This document shows positions 31,388-32,000 of a stretch of DNA of 32,000 bases, piece after piece (positions within the stretch are counted from its first letter, which is position 1; every line of letters starts with the position of its first letter). Position numbers and translations under genes: made by a program. The notes beneath the pieces were generated by a model. It did not search any database. It worked only from the letters and a program-made list of their open reading frames with translations, and was not told the DNA's origin. Source of the DNA: Halalkalibacterium halodurans. Its GTDB lineage: Bacteria > Bacillota > Bacilli > Bacillales > Bacillaceae_D. The stretch is from contig NZ_SNUY01000047.1 of NCBI RefSeq assembly GCF_004376175.1, positions 1 through 32,000 on the forward strand, read 5' to 3'.

Positions 31388-31782
31388 CGCTTAGCCTCCT
31401 CGCTTAAGCGGCGAAAAGCAGCCTCGATCATTGCCTGCTCTTCCTTGGACAAATGGGTGTAAACGGCTTCGAGCTTTTTCTCATCTAAGCTCGTATGGTG
31501 GAAGAGAATGTTCTTTCCATTAGGTGTTAATGACAGAACAACCTTTCGTTCATCCTTAGGGTCCCTTCCTTTTTCTACATACCCTTTTTGAATGAGCCGT
31601 TTCATATGTTCAGACGCGGTGTTTTGCGAGATTTGCAGGAGATGGGCAATATCGCGAACCCCTACCCTTTCTTTTTTATCGATATGCTGCATGATGCGAA
31701 TCATCTGGTGAGTTACTTTTTCTTCCCCGTGGGTGTAGTGCAAGTAGTAATAAATGTCGGTCCAGTACTGATTTAGGTCCAT
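31372..31782 (-). CDS. MarR family transcriptional regulator
   Basis: 136 aa with the MarR wHTH VRDIAHLLQISQNTASEHMKRLIQKGYVEKGRDPKDERKVVLSLTPNG. Overlaps the downstream DUF3147 gene by 16 nt. Confidence 0.85.
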   Translation of the reverse strand: MDLNQYWTDIYYYLHYTHGEEKVTHQMIRIMQHIDKKERVGVRDIAHLLQISQNTASEHMKRLIQKGYVEKGRDPKDERKVVLSLTPNGKNILFHHTSLDEKKLEAVYTHLSKEEQAMIEAAFRRLSEEAKRCFSS

Positions 31783-31902
31783 TAGAACACCTCTTTTATC
31801 GCTATTTACGATTATATCTTATATTACGATATAATAGCGGCTTTTGCAAGTGAAAGAATCATGGTATGCTAGTTTTTCCAATTGAAACAGGGAGGGATGA
31901 AG

Positions 31903-32000
31903 ATGACAAAGCTTTATGAGCCTTTCTATCGTTTAACGATTGAACCGACCGAGTGTGAGCGTGAGATCATTGGCTCAAGACCGTTCAAGCGATTAGCCCA
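31903..32000 (+). CDS. 5' end of an HD-domain-like protein gene (partial, runs off the window)
   Basis: GGAGGG, 6 nt, ATG, then MTKLYEPFYRLTIEPTECEREIIGSRPFKRLA. The pattern x-I-x-L-x(5-8)-I-x-S-x-x-F-x-RL resembles the N-terminus of HD-domain phosphohydrolases. Only 32 codons are visible. Confidence 0.35.
   Translation, partial: MTKLYEPFYRLTIEPTECEREIIGSRPFKRLA

Overview
This window looks like a Bacillaceae chromosomal segment, mostly conserved core metabolism, collinear with the B. subtilis yebE-yebG-pur-yerABC region as I recall it. I found no convincing novel multi-gene system, CRISPR array, tRNA or rRNA.

Layout, left to right:
- 1-126: the 3' end of a group II intron (tail of the intron-encoded protein ORF, then RNA domains V and VI), cut by the window edge.
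- 127-659: a 530-nt region with no supportable gene.
- 660-7826: a nitrate assimilation operon, nasA-nasD-nasE-nasC, with a MOSC-domain gene overlapping the nasC tail.
- 7912-9569: a type III polyketide synthase and membrane methyltransferase pair (bpsA-bpsB-like).
- 9903-10642: yebE-yebG-like genes.
- 10641-23767: the complete 12-gene purEKBCSQLFMNHD operon, preceded by a PurBox pair, a sigma-A promoter and a guanine-type purine riboswitch.
- 23727-24184, minus strand: a DUF2892-like membrane gene and a candidate small ORF.
- 24333-29515: yerA-yerB-yerC followed by a canonical adenine deaminase gene (adeC).
- 29644-31000: a small membrane ORF, then a winged-helix regulator / small 2-TM protein / YbjQ-family operon.
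- 31049-32000: a convergent MarR-DUF3147 pair and the start of an HD-domain-like gene.

The items most worth a second look are small or contextual:
- the intron end;
- a nas operon with no NasB-type electron-transfer subunit but a coupled MOSC gene;
- a 38-aa membrane ORF fully antisense to the pur operon 3' end;
- two amidohydrolase paralogs bracketing yerB-yerC;
- a perfect 22-bp palindrome in front of the regulator/2-TM/YbjQ operon;
- a terminator-like hairpin inside the pur operon.
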